The position numbers and the translations under genes were made by a program. DNA of 64,000 nucleotides from Minisyncoccota bacterium. GTDB lineage: Bacteria > Patescibacteriota > Minisyncoccia > Phycocordibacterales > UBA2100. The notes under the pieces were generated by a model. It was not told where the DNA came from, searched no databases, and saw nothing but the letters and a program-made list of their open reading frames with translations. The stretch covers positions 65,356-129,355 of the forward strand of contig JARLIE010000183.1 in assembly GCA_031291875.1 (NCBI GenBank), in the 5' to 3' direction. Numbering within the stretch: the first letter of the stretch is position 1; every line of letters begins with the position of its first letter. Shown here piece by piece: positions 46,098 through 55,453 of this stretch.

Positions 46098-47027
46098 TTG
46101 TCGGATTTATTGCCAGGAGTCATGGAGTTTGACAAGCGCACGCGGAAGTGGGAATGTGCGGTCTTGATTCCCGCTACCATACGATCTCGGAAAGTTCTGG
46201 CCGCAGTTGTGGGATGTTGCATTCTTGTTGTGATCTTTGGGGTTTGGGAGATCAGGATTCACTCTCTTTCTTCCCAACCGGCCGCGGCAGTTGTCTCTAT
46301 AGAATCTTGGACTGCCCTCGCATCTATACCAATGACCCCGGTTCCTACTGGCATTTCGTATATTGAGATCCTGAATAGCTGCAACTACGCGTATGCGGGC
46401 ACCTGCGTCAACTTGCGTTCAGGACCGGGCACTAACTATTCCGTTGTCATGCAGCTGCGAAATAACATGGTCTTCAGGTTGGCGAGCACCACGGTCGATT
46501 CGAAGGGGCAAACGTGGTACGAGATCCGATTCGACGGACCGATCCACTACCCGGAGCGAGTGACTAGTGATTGGTATGTCAATGCTGATTATGCACGAAC
46601 CTTTATGGATCCGGGTGTCCTTGAAACCAATGCGGGCATGAACGCGTCAAGTACTAAGCGCATCGTCGTTGATATTACCAGCGAGACGCTCTATGCGTAC
46701 GACGGCGACACACTATTCATGCAGGAGCCTATTTCCACGGGCCTTGAACTGACTCCCACATCCCTCGGAAACTTCTGGGTCTACCGAAAAATACCCGATG
46801 CTTACATGCAGGGTCCGGTTCCAGGTCTAAGCGATCAATACTATGACCTCCCCGGAGTGCCATGGGACCTATACTTCACCAAGGATGGTGCGGCCATCCA
46901 CGGCGCATACTGGCACGATCATTTTGGAGAGCCGTGGTCACACGGTTGTGTGAATTTACCGCCCGCAGCAGCAGAGATCCTCTATGAATGGGCCGATCTT
47001 GGCACACCGGTGACCGTGATCAATTGA
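46098..47027 (+). CDS. L,D-transpeptidase (YkuD family) with SH3b-like domain; start uncertain
   Basis: VNLRSGPGTNY, AIHGAYWH...SHGCVNL. Confidence 0.9.
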   Translation: MSDLLPGVMEFDKRTRKWECAVLIPATIRSRKVLAAVVGCCILVVIFGVWEIRIHSLSSQPAAAVVSIESWTALASIPMTPVPTGISYIEILNSCNYAYAGTCVNLRSGPGTNYSVVMQLRNNMVFRLASTTVDSKGQTWYEIRFDGPIHYPERVTSDWYVNADYARTFMDPGVLETNAGMNASSTKRIVVDITSETLYAYDGDTLFMQEPISTGLELTPTSLGNFWVYRKIPDAYMQGPVPGLSDQYYDLPGVPWDLYFTKDGAAIHGAYWHDHFGEPWSHGCVNLPPAAAEILYEWADLGTPVTVIN

Positions 47028-47062
47028 CCAAAAAGTGGATTTTCTTTTTCGGGGAGTCAAAG

Positions 47063-47707
47063 ATGAAGTCCGCACTTGCTCGCGGTATCTATATCTGGAA
47101 GAATGCAGAAGTGCTACCGGTTATACCGCCTCCGATCACTACTCCAGCGACGATCGTCGCTCCAATGAGTACGAGCAGCGTTCCTGACGTGCCGTTTTAT
47201 TCTCAATTCAGGGACATTCGGTCTCCACAGTGGCAGAAGGTCGGCTGTGGAATAACCAGCCTCGCGATGGTGATTGATTACTACAGTCCAAATGCGGTAT
47301 CGGTGAACACATTGCTTAAGCAAGGTATCGCTGCGGGAGCATATGAACAAAATGCTGGTTGGATATATGCAGGTTTGATCCAGTTGAGCCAAAAGTACGG
47401 CCTCGACGGAACGTATCATGATCTATCGAAACTCGACACGCAGACCGCCTTCGAACAATTTAAAAAGTATGTAAAAGCCGGACCAGTAATACTGGCCGTT
47501 CACTACAAGTTCGACCCAAAAAGCACAATACCTCATCTTGTCGTGATCGATGCAGTTCAAGACGGCATCGTGTACTACAACGATCCTGCTGCGAAGACAG
47601 GAGAAAAACAAATCGCTGTTGCCGATTTTCTAAAAGGTTGGAAAAGGAAAGTGATCGTCATCCGGCCCACACAGGAAGCGCAAAGTACAACGCTCACGAA
47701 GGTGTAA
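47063..47707 (+). CDS. C39-like cysteine peptidase; start uncertain
   Basis: VPFYSQ...GCGITSLAMV, HLVVI, YYNDP. Confidence 0.85.
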   Translation: MKSALARGIYIWKNAEVLPVIPPPITTPATIVAPMSTSSVPDVPFYSQFRDIRSPQWQKVGCGITSLAMVIDYYSPNAVSVNTLLKQGIAAGAYEQNAGWIYAGLIQLSQKYGLDGTYHDLSKLDTQTAFEQFKKYVKAGPVILAVHYKFDPKSTIPHLVVIDAVQDGIVYYNDPAAKTGEKQIAVADFLKGWKRKVIVIRPTQEAQSTTLTKV

Positions 47708-47749
47708 TGTATACGATTGGATCAGAAGCAAGTGCCCTTTGCAGTATCC

Positions 47750-48400
47750 TCATGTAATAAGCTGGGTGAAGACGACCACTCGCTGGTCGTAGCCGTTCTC
47801 GCTCTTAACCCACTGGCCCGCACAGGTGATCAAATTGAGTCGAGCTGTTGAAACATCGCTTGAGAAAATGTCGCTTGTCGGTGCGTCCTGATTGTAAAGT
47901 TTAACGTCGATCACGGTGAAGCGTCTCGTCTTCCCTGTCGCATCCACTACTTCCACCATATCCCCGGGCTGCAAAGTTCCCAGCTTGTAAAATACGGCCT
48001 CTTTCACATGTCTGCCGTCTAAGTGACCGTCGATGACGGCACTTCCGGGCGCTCCTGGACGCGGACCACCGTTATACCACCCAACGTCAGTAAAATTAGT
48101 CGGGATTCCCATCTCGCCATTGCCCTGCCAGGCGAGTCCGACACTTTGAATGGTCGCATCAACCCCGATCGCCGGAATGATGAGTCGTACAGGCTTACCC
48201 GGCACTTCGAACGAAGCGCCGAGTCCTGCAGGTCCCGAGGATACAGAGGTGGTTGCGACGGGCGTTGAGTTGCGAGTGGATAGTGCGTTCGCGGTCAATC
48301 CGTGGGTTTGGAGAAGAATAGAAAGACCACCAGCAAGCAGAGCCACACCCAGAGATATAAGGAACGCTGTTTTCCAAGAAAATGATGTAGCTGTGTTCAT
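47750..48400 (-). CDS. Class F sortase
   Basis: PVRLIIPAIGVDA, GWY..GPRPG..GSAVIDGH, LNLITC, RVVV. Confidence 0.92.
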   Translation of the reverse strand: MNTATSFSWKTAFLISLGVALLAGGLSILLQTHGLTANALSTRNSTPVATTSVSSGPAGLGASFEVPGKPVRLIIPAIGVDATIQSVGLAWQGNGEMGIPTNFTDVGWYNGGPRPGAPGSAVIDGHLDGRHVKEAVFYKLGTLQPGDMVEVVDATGKTRRFTVIDVKLYNQDAPTSDIFSSDVSTARLNLITCAGQWVKSENGYDQRVVVFTQLIT

Positions 48401-48439
48401 ATTATTTTCTGAGGGTGTGGAATATCTGCTTACTTTGCT

Positions 48440-49075
48440 CTACTGCTGTCCGTACCCACCTCCCGTGCTCGGCAAGGCGGGAGTGCTTGGCGTCGTCGGT
48501 GTAATGACGACAGAACCAGCTAAAACGTTCACCGCACATGTTGCAGTGAGTCCTCCGCTTGTGACAGTCAGTGTCTTGAGGCCAGTTGAGGCGTAGTTGG
48601 CACTAAAACCAGAACCGTTCGGATTTGTAATGTTCAGATCCGGAGCGGACCACGTGTAAGTCCCATTGCCTCCCGACGCGGAGACCGTGGCTGTTTGGCC
48701 GACAGTAAGATTCTGCGCGGCCGGCGAACAATACAGGTTGCCCGTAGAGACTGTCCCTACGACGCTAACGTTACATACCGCACTGGAGCCTGCACTCGAT
48801 ACGGTGATCGGGTAGGTGCCAGCGGTAGGATAACTAACCGCGAATTTGCTGCCTGCTGAATTCGTGACATTCAGATTCGGACCGGACCACGAATAGGTCC
48901 CGTTGCCGCCTGTTGCCGTTAGGATATTGACTTGATTTACGTTCACTGAAGAAGACGCCATGCTACAAGTGACGGGTACGGTCGTCTGTGCGAAGCTGAT
49001 CGCACCGATGCTCAACCCGACGACGGCGAGTGCTGTCACCGCGGAAAGAGCGAAATATTTTTTATTTGTTTCCAT
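48440..49075 (-). CDS. Secreted two-repeat beta-sandwich protein with C-terminal LPxTG motif (putative sortase substrate)
   Basis: Two GGNGTY(S/T)WS.P.LN.TN repeats. Ends PALPSTGGGYGQQ. Lies upstream of the sortase gene on the same strand. Confidence 0.78.
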   Translation of the reverse strand: METNKKYFALSAVTALAVVGLSIGAISFAQTTVPVTCSMASSSVNVNQVNILTATGGNGTYSWSGPNLNVTNSAGSKFAVSYPTAGTYPITVSSAGSSAVCNVSVVGTVSTGNLYCSPAAQNLTVGQTATVSASGGNGTYTWSAPDLNITNPNGSGFSANYASTGLKTLTVTSGGLTATCAVNVLAGSVVITPTTPSTPALPSTGGGYGQQ

Positions 49076-49456
49076 AGAGTTATTTTTAATCCTTATATAA
49101 TCCGACCTTTCGCCGAACGCCTTTCGTTTTGTTCACAACAGAGACGTATTCAGCTAGTCTCCATGTTTGCACATATGACATGTAGGCTTCATGAATTATT
49201 AAAGTTGCCGATGGTCCACCGATCACCCTTACTGATCGAGCAGTTCGGTTTGAATCCCTCACCCAATCGCAAATAAACTATTGACATACATCATTATTTG
49301 TTATAAAGCTATTTCAGCTAGGTACATTGATTTTTCAAGGTTCAAACGTGAGACGAGTGCTTTGCCGATCTCTGCGGAGGTCTTCAAAATACTCGTCTCA
49401 TCAGAGACTTGTCGCCGTCCGACGACTCGGACAATAACCACAAGTGGAGGTATGCG

Positions 49457-50221
49457 ATGGATACCATCGTGAGCCGTACCCTGTCGGTGCATAAGGAACA
49501 CGAAGTCCTGCTCAAGCTCGAAGCGGCCGGTTTGTGCGACGAACTCGCGCAGAAGGTCATCGACTCGAAGGACAACGCGTTGGCGCAGAAGGTCATTCGC
49601 CTGATCGAGAACGGCGGCTTCGAACCTTCGACAAGCCAGAAGCGCGCCCGCGAGATCATGGGCGGCAACATGTTCGGCGTCGAGGAAGCGATCAAGCACT
49701 TCGCGGTCAACCCGTCGAAACAGCAGCTCGCCTACTTGGCCGAAATTCCGTTCGCGGAATCCGTGCTCGAAACGTGCAAGGATACGCACGTGCTCGTCGC
49801 CGTCTTCCCGATGTCGATCCTCGGCATCCGCGGTGCCTGCAAGGATCAGCGCCTGTTCTACGATCAGGACTGGTACAACAAGCAGGCGTTCGCAAAGGAG
49901 CGCGGCGAAGTCGGTTGGCATCTCGTCCGGAAAACCCCCGTCGAAGATTCGACCTCGAAGACGTGGGACGAGCAGCAGCAACTGCTCGGCAAGGACGACG
50001 AGACGCCGAACGCCCGTGTCGTGATCTACACGATGATCGGGCACTTCAAGGCGACCGACGAACGGCTGTTCGAGAAGATCTGGATGCGTTGCTCGGATCT
50101 CGACTCGGACGGCGGCCGTGTCTACGTCGGCTTCTTCGGTGCCGGAGGGCTCTACGTCAGCTACGACTGGGACAGCTACTGCAATTCCTACTTGGGCGTT
50201 GCTTCTGCCCGGAAGTCCTGA
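49457..50221 (+). CDS. Hypothetical protein with C-terminal CLec/FGE-like region; probable DGR target
   Basis: SD GGAGG. C-terminus RVYVGFFGAGGLYVSYDWDSYCNSYLGVASARKS, with NNC codons at VR-like positions. Confidence 0.7.
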   Translation: MDTIVSRTLSVHKEHEVLLKLEAAGLCDELAQKVIDSKDNALAQKVIRLIENGGFEPSTSQKRAREIMGGNMFGVEEAIKHFAVNPSKQQLAYLAEIPFAESVLETCKDTHVLVAVFPMSILGIRGACKDQRLFYDQDWYNKQAFAKERGEVGWHLVRKTPVEDSTSKTWDEQQQLLGKDDETPNARVVIYTMIGHFKATDERLFEKIWMRCSDLDSDGGRVYVGFFGAGGLYVSYDWDSYCNSYLGVASARKS

Positions 50222-50610
50222 ACCTTGAATCTTTGAGGGCTTGCCCCTCTTGATTCCTTGAGCCCTTGCCCGAAAAATTTTTCAGCGCAGGGGCTCTTTG
50301 TTTTTACATGATAAAGTAATCGAATCCTGCTAATGCAGACTAGATCACGGTTCAGTCTCGCGGGGTGTCTCACCTTTGAGACTCGCCAGAATGTCGCTGC
50401 CTATAAATCGCGACAGCGTGCTAATGAGGAGGAAATGTAACTTCTTCTTCCTGGCTCTGAAAATGCACTTGGGCACTATCTCAACGTTTCGAATTTTCTA
50501 GACCAATCAACATAAGGATATTTTAGCCTATTTGGCTGGTTGTCGGTGAGGTCTCAACATAGCGGTACGTTTTCAGAAAATGAGACACCACTCTTGCCTC
50601 TTGCCGAACG

Positions 50611-51489
50611 TTACACCTTAAGACCTTCCCGTCGCTGCTCCTCCAGATCGTTCTTTACTGTTTCCACGGATATCTCGTCTGTGCGCGTGAACGTCAGATA
50701 GATCACGAGCGCCAGGATCGCGCCAAGGAAAATAAAGCTCGTTACTGTCGTACCGAGTCCGAGACCGCCGTCCGGTTGCGCTTGCGAAAGATAGTCCCCG
50801 ATCGAAGCGCCGAGAGGTCGTGTCGTGATGTATGCGAGCCAGAACGCAAGCACGGCGTTGGAAGAGGTATGCCGATGTTCCATGCCCAGAACGGCTTTGG
50901 CGATATAGTGGCCGGCCGTAATGACGGCAATGATACCTGCAAAAATGAGCAGTGCCGTTAGATAGCCGAGATTGAATTTCTCCGCAGCGAGGTCGCCCGC
51001 TGCCGTTCCAAGCGCGAACGTGAAGAGAATAGTGAGCCAGTAGAATGCCTCGCGGCGTCTGGTGAAGATAGAGTGGATCGAGAGCGTTTTCTCGAACGCG
51101 AACCAGACTGCAAAGGTTATCGCGAGCAGGATCGCGAATACCGCAGTGGTGGTTTCGAGCGGCACGCCGAGATTATCGCTCAAGTTGTCGGTGATAAGAG
51201 TACCGACGACGCTGATGAGGACAACTGTAAGCCAATAGAGTCCTGGAGTATATCTTTTTACCTTGAATTGAAAAAAGAGTACTACGAGGAATACGGCGCT
51301 CATGACCAGCGATGTGTACGTCAGCCCGAAGCCGAGGGTTTCATTGAGATAGTCGGCCGCAGTCTCGCCCACCGTGGTGCATAGTACCTTGATGATCCAG
51401 AAGTAGATCGTTACCTCTGGAACTTTATTGAGCAGTTGCTGCCATTTGGAGAATTCAGGAAACGCGACTGTGTCGCTTTGTGCATGCAT
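50611..51489 (-). CDS. DUF347/COG4705 repeat membrane protein
   Basis: KVPEVTIYFWIIKVLCTTVGETAAD, FALGTAAGD, FWLAYITTRPLGASIGD. Confidence 0.85.
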   Translation of the reverse strand: MHAQSDTVAFPEFSKWQQLLNKVPEVTIYFWIIKVLCTTVGETAADYLNETLGFGLTYTSLVMSAVFLVVLFFQFKVKRYTPGLYWLTVVLISVVGTLITDNLSDNLGVPLETTTAVFAILLAITFAVWFAFEKTLSIHSIFTRRREAFYWLTILFTFALGTAAGDLAAEKFNLGYLTALLIFAGIIAVITAGHYIAKAVLGMEHRHTSSNAVLAFWLAYITTRPLGASIGDYLSQAQPDGGLGLGTTVTSFIFLGAILALVIYLTFTRTDEISVETVKNDLEEQRREGLKV

Positions 51490-51565
51490 GATAGATGTAG
51501 TATAGGGAATTTTATGCTAACGCGAAAGCACGCCGATTATGATCGGCGTGCTTTGCGCTATGGAT

Positions 51566-51895
51566 CTAATTACTTACCTCTCCCGTGTCGGGGCCAGTGT
51601 AATCTGGACCGCTCTCCGCTTCTTGCGGTTGAGATGAGGTCGCTGCTACTTTTGAGTCGTCAGCTTGCTCACCATCGAGCTGCTGCGGGTCTTGGGTGCT
51701 GGTTTGCACCGTCACACCCACTCCGTCCGCAGTTTCTCCATCGAGACTGTTCGTATCCTGTGCGGTCGTCTGGACCTGCGAGGATGTGCTTAGGTTCGAA
51801 GCAATGCTCGCTGCATGAACGACATACCCTGCGGCTCCGATAACACCGACGACAAAAGCGGCGAATATCGGCAGATATTTTTTAGTAGAGAACAT
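51566..51895 (-). CDS. Secreted acidic low-complexity protein
   Basis: Signal peptide and a duplicated Q.T.QD...LDGE.AD motif. Confidence 0.65.
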   Translation of the reverse strand: MFSTKKYLPIFAAFVVGVIGAAGYVVHAASIASNLSTSSQVQTTAQDTNSLDGETADGVGVTVQTSTQDPQQLDGEQADDSKVAATSSQPQEAESGPDYTGPDTGEVSN

Positions 51896-51964
51896 TGAAG
51901 TGAATTTAACGCTTGTAATAGGCCTTCATTAGGACTACGCGCTTCACCTCCAATTCCTTACAAT

Positions 51965-52438
51965 TCAGTTCGGGCCATCTTGTGAACTTGCCCGGCCTGT
52001 AAGCACCTGGTACACACTCTGACCAAAGTCGATGGCGTTGAGGGCCACACCCAAGCCGATACTAAGGACGATGACTACCGATACTACCCATGCCGTCGCG
52101 TATCGGTACCCATGTCGCGTGCGTCGAAAACTGTAGTACGCGATGATGCTGAAGAATATGAGGAACCCGAGCCAGATAAATGGAATGCTTTGCGCGATAT
52201 CCTCGATCGAAGAGCCTTCCAATTTCGCAATACCATCGTTGTCGAAAAATACGAATTCAGCTATAGAGAACGCGACGCTTCCGATCGCAACCGAGGCGAT
52301 GGCAAGGAACCACACCATGCCGCGGCCAAGGAGAAACTGCCAGCGCGGTTTTGGCACTGCACCCCTCGCCTCGATTTCTTTCACGATCTCCTCTGGAAAT
52401 GTATTGTTGGATTCCATACTATTGATTTGACTCATCAT
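51965..52438 (-). CDS. Membrane protein, putative anti-sigma factor
   Basis: Three TM segments. Overlaps the 3' end of the ECF sigma gene. Confidence 0.6.
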   Translation of the reverse strand: MMSQINSMESNNTFPEEIVKEIEARGAVPKPRWQFLLGRGMVWFLAIASVAIGSVAFSIAEFVFFDNDGIAKLEGSSIEDIAQSIPFIWLGFLIFFSIIAYYSFRRTRHGYRYATAWVVSVVIVLSIGLGVALNAIDFGQSVYQVLTGRASSQDGPN

Positions 52439-52997
52439 ACCTCTTGAGCGCTTCTTTCAACTTTGCCTTGGCGCGATTGATATACGCAGCTACCGTGCCC
52501 TCCGGTAGTTCTAAAATATCTGAGATTTCAGCGTAGCTCTTATCTTCAAAATAGCGTAAGAGAACGATGTCGCGATATTTCAGATCAAGCGACTCCACGG
52601 CGGCGCGTACGGCTGCGTGGGCACTGGTTTTGTTCGCCTCGTGCTCGATGTTGAGATCATCCGCGACCCGCTCGAACATCTCCTCGTCTGCGCTTTCCAG
52701 GACGCGGGGACGATTCTTTTGGCGGCGATAATGCGAGAACGTCTCATTGCGTGCGATGCGATACAACCAGGCACTGAATGGCAAGCTCTGGTCGTAATCG
52801 TTCAGATTGATATAGGCCTTGATGAAAGACTCCTGCAAGATATCTTTCGCATTTTCTGGATCAAGCATACCAAGGCGCATAACGTACCTTCGCAAACGTT
52901 GCTCGTAACGAGACACCAAGAGGGCAAACGAATGACGATCGGCAAGCGACGCTCGAACGAGATCCTGATCAGATGAGTCTTGATCATGTTCCACCAT
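52419..52997 (-). CDS. ECF-family RNA polymerase sigma factor
   Basis: DILQESFIKAY, FSAWLYRIARN, LRYFEDKSYAEISDILELPEGTV...INRAK. Confidence 0.93.
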   Translation of the reverse strand: MVEHDQDSSDQDLVRASLADRHSFALLVSRYEQRLRRYVMRLGMLDPENAKDILQESFIKAYINLNDYDQSLPFSAWLYRIARNETFSHYRRQKNRPRVLESADEEMFERVADDLNIEHEANKTSAHAAVRAAVESLDLKYRDIVLLRYFEDKSYAEISDILELPEGTVAAYINRAKAKLKEALKRYDESNQ

Positions 52998-53393
52998 AGC
53001 TAAACCCTATCACGCTTACGCGTGCAGGCGATCGATATCGATGCGAGTTGCCACGAGATACCAAACGAGACCCGGAATGGAGTGATCGCATGTTGAGCGA
53101 AATCAGTAAAAAACGACTTCCGACAATAACTTAGTACGTTCCCGGACCCGCACGCGACTACAGTTTGTTATTAAAGGTATCCATTTAGCTATATGTTTCC
53201 AACCACAGTAGGCCCTCAAAATAAGGCTCGACATACGGACGATAACAAGTACTACCTGCGGGCCGCCCGCAATTAGTACCCAGGGGTCCCAGCCCCACAA
53301 GGGTTTTTTGGCGACTCCGGCGTCAGTGCGGCGAGGCGTCCGCAGCAACGGTCATTTTTCTGAAAAGTAGACAACTCGTGGGCAGTGCCTAAC

Positions 53394-53422
53394 TTGACAT
53401 GCTTACATATAAGGTATATAAT
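53394..53422 (+). promoter_or_regulatory. Perfect consensus sigma70 promoter
   Basis: TTGACA (53394-53399), 17-nt spacer, TATAAT (53417-53422). Confidence 0.8.
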
Positions 53423-53470
53423 ATATTTTAGCTACATACAGCCATCTTTTCTCGAACCAAGGAGCGTCAC

Positions 53471-53725
53471 GTGACGGATTTCCTCTTGAGCTTCAGACTC
53501 ATAATCGGAAGCGGGCCATCTGCAATTTCTTTGCCATATGTTGCCATCTTGATGATCTTGGTGGGACTGTGGGGTATCTTCTTCGCCCTAAGCGGCGGCC
53601 TGAAGAGAGCCAAGAAAAGCGAGCCTCGAATGGTGTGTTTCAATCTCGCATACGTGGTGGTGGGGTGCATGCTTTGCGTCAGCTTGCTTTGCCTCACTCC
53701 TGTTGCACACATAGTTCGCTACTAG
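53471..53725 (+). CDS. Small two-TM hypothetical protein
   Basis: SD AAGGAG, GTG start, consensus promoter upstream, two hydrophobic segments. Confidence 0.6.
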   Translation: MTDFLLSFRLIIGSGPSAISLPYVAILMILVGLWGIFFALSGGLKRAKKSEPRMVCFNLAYVVVGCMLCVSLLCLTPVAHIVRY

Positions 53726-53821
53726 TCGCTCATGCGGAAGTCTCTCGCAAGAGCGACTTTCGTTTTGTGTTTCGAATATCCATTTGAACCATGCGAGATG
53801 TCTCGGACGGCAATGCATCGG

Positions 53822-53851
53822 CATACGTCCGATACTAAATATTCAGGGCGG
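53822..53851 (+). repeat. Island repeat copy 1: CATACGTCCGATACTAAAT-N6-GGCGG
   Basis: Direct repeat of 54471..54500 and 55870..55899. Confidence 0.85.
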
Positions 53852-54038
53852 GCCGTACGCAGTTAGTATCCTCTGCTCCTAGCCCCATAAGGATATTTTA
53901 TGGTCTTTTCCGAAGCTTTGCCGAGCCCTTGACAGCAAAGTTTATTTTTTTGTGTAATTTGACAATTACATGAGAACCTGTTACTTTGCTAGCTAGTTTC
54001 AACGTACTACGTACTAAACAGATAGGAAGGAAAATCCG

Positions 54039-54386
54039 ATGGACTTGAAGCAGCACCTAGCCATCCTCACTTTGGACGGTGAACTTGCGGATATTGGGCT
54101 GAAGGGTCCGCAATCCTGCATCATCTATTCTAAACATCCGATCACGGCGGAAGTCCTCCAGATTGTCCAGATGGATATTCTCGAGTGTTTCGTGAATGGG
54201 CCGCCGGCTGTGCTTGAGGAGAGAAAGAAGCAGCCGTTCAAGGCTCTTCAAGACGTCCTGGCTCAATCGGGGTATCAGGTCCTGGACGCCGGCAACATCG
54301 CCGTCGAAAACGGAGGAAAGCGTATCTGGGTTCAAGAACCCGGACACGAATACCATTCGAACATTCTCAATCGGATTGTGCTCTAG
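54039..54386 (+). CDS. Hypothetical protein, 115 aa
   Basis: Purine-rich SD-like AGGAAGG before the ATG. Lies between repeat copies 1 and 2. Confidence 0.6.
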   Translation: MDLKQHLAILTLDGELADIGLKGPQSCIIYSKHPITAEVLQIVQMDILECFVNGPPAVLEERKKQPFKALQDVLAQSGYQVLDAGNIAVENGGKRIWVQEPGHEYHSNILNRIVL

Positions 54387-54470
54387 CATTTAAACATGCC
54401 AACCCACGTGTCCAATCTTTTAACCCGTCTGGTCTTCGGACCTCTGACGGGTTTCTTTTTTACCCGTCAA

Positions 54471-54500
54471 CATACCTCCGATACTAAATGCTTATGGCGG
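54471..54500 (+). repeat. Island repeat copy 2: CATACCTCCGATACTAAAT-N6-GGCGG
   Basis: Direct repeat; see copies 1 and 3. Confidence 0.85.
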
Positions 54501-54598
54501 GGTCTAAGGGATTCTCACCCGTCAACAGCGCCTCGGAGGCCTTGGCTTAAAATCTCACTTTCTCATGGGCTAGTCCAGTTCGAATCCCGGAGGGTCAA

Positions 54599-54982
54599 CT
54601 ACTTTTTACGTAGGTGCAGAGCAGATAATTTACCACCAAGCCAAGCACTTGGTAGCGCAAGTGTCGCGACAGACAATCCGTACCAGTGTGGGCCTACGTT
54701 CATGTCCCATGTTGCAGCTGATCCAAGGATGCCTAAAATTAAACCGAGCAAGCCGAGTACCAATACGTGTCTCATAGGATGGTTAGGTGCCAACCTGGCG
54801 GTTATATAACATCCAATCACAACGTAAACACTGCGATAGAAAATGATTCCAAGAATAAATAAGGGCGCAGTATACTGCAGCGAATGGAGGCCCAATATAT
54901 AATCAGTGCCATAAGATAAGATTCCTCCCACAACAAACCCTGCAAGGCCAGCCCAAATGCTTTTTAGGATGTTTCTGTTCAT
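54599..54982 (-). CDS. Four-TM membrane protein
   Basis: YITARLAPNHPMRH...GPHWY. Third gene of the ArsR-SRPBCC operon. Confidence 0.75.
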   Translation of the reverse strand: MNRNILKSIWAGLAGFVVGGILSYGTDYILGLHSLQYTAPLFILGIIFYRSVYVVIGCYITARLAPNHPMRHVLVLGLLGLILGILGSAATWDMNVGPHWYGLSVATLALPSAWLGGKLSALHLRKK

Positions 54983-54987
54983 AATTT

Positions 54988-55449
54988 TTAGGCTAAAACT
55001 TTTCCAAGTTTATCTAATTGCTGATTCCATCCCGGCTTCATGCCTTGGAGCATAAACTCGGTCCCAGGCGCATCTCCTGTAGCGCTAGCGATCACAGTGA
55101 GTTTCGTTTTGCCTCCTTCATCCTCGAAGGTAACGGTGGTCTTGCCTGAAAGCAGTACATTACCCGTTTCATCAAGTGCATCGCTAGAAAATACGAGCTT
55201 TTCGAGCTCGACGATTTCTTTAAAGACTCCTTTCATCGGCCACTTTTGTCCGGCGAGCGGCCCCATCTCTTTGCCCGCAAGCATGACGATGTAGAGAGCA
55301 CCTCCCACGCGCAGATCAACTTCGCTGATCGGAATGGTTACGCCGCTTGGCCCCCACCACTGCGCTAGCTCTTTCGCATCGGTCCATGCCTTCCATACGC
55401 GCTCACGCGAAGCGTCGAAAGTCCGCGCTATCATAATTTCTTTTTTCAT
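54988..55449 (-). CDS. SRPBCC/AHSA1-domain protein
   Basis: RTFDASRERVWKAWTD...WWGP...DLRVGG...GWNQQLDKL. Confidence 0.9.
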   Translation of the reverse strand: MKKEIMIARTFDASRERVWKAWTDAKELAQWWGPSGVTIPISEVDLRVGGALYIVMLAGKEMGPLAGQKWPMKGVFKEIVELEKLVFSSDALDETGNVLLSGKTTVTFEDEGGKTKLTVIASATGDAPGTEFMLQGMKPGWNQQLDKLGKVLA

Positions 55450-55453
55450 ACGA

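Noticed and set aside
50300-50610. AT-rich gap downstream of the DGR-like target as a possible template repeat or ncRNA
   Set aside because: No AAC-rich copy of the variable region and no convincing ORF or structure.
53260-53290. Possible inverted fourth copy of the island repeat (minus strand GGTACTAATT-GCG-GGCGG)
   Set aside because: Only a short partial match with a 3-nt spacer, so it could be chance.
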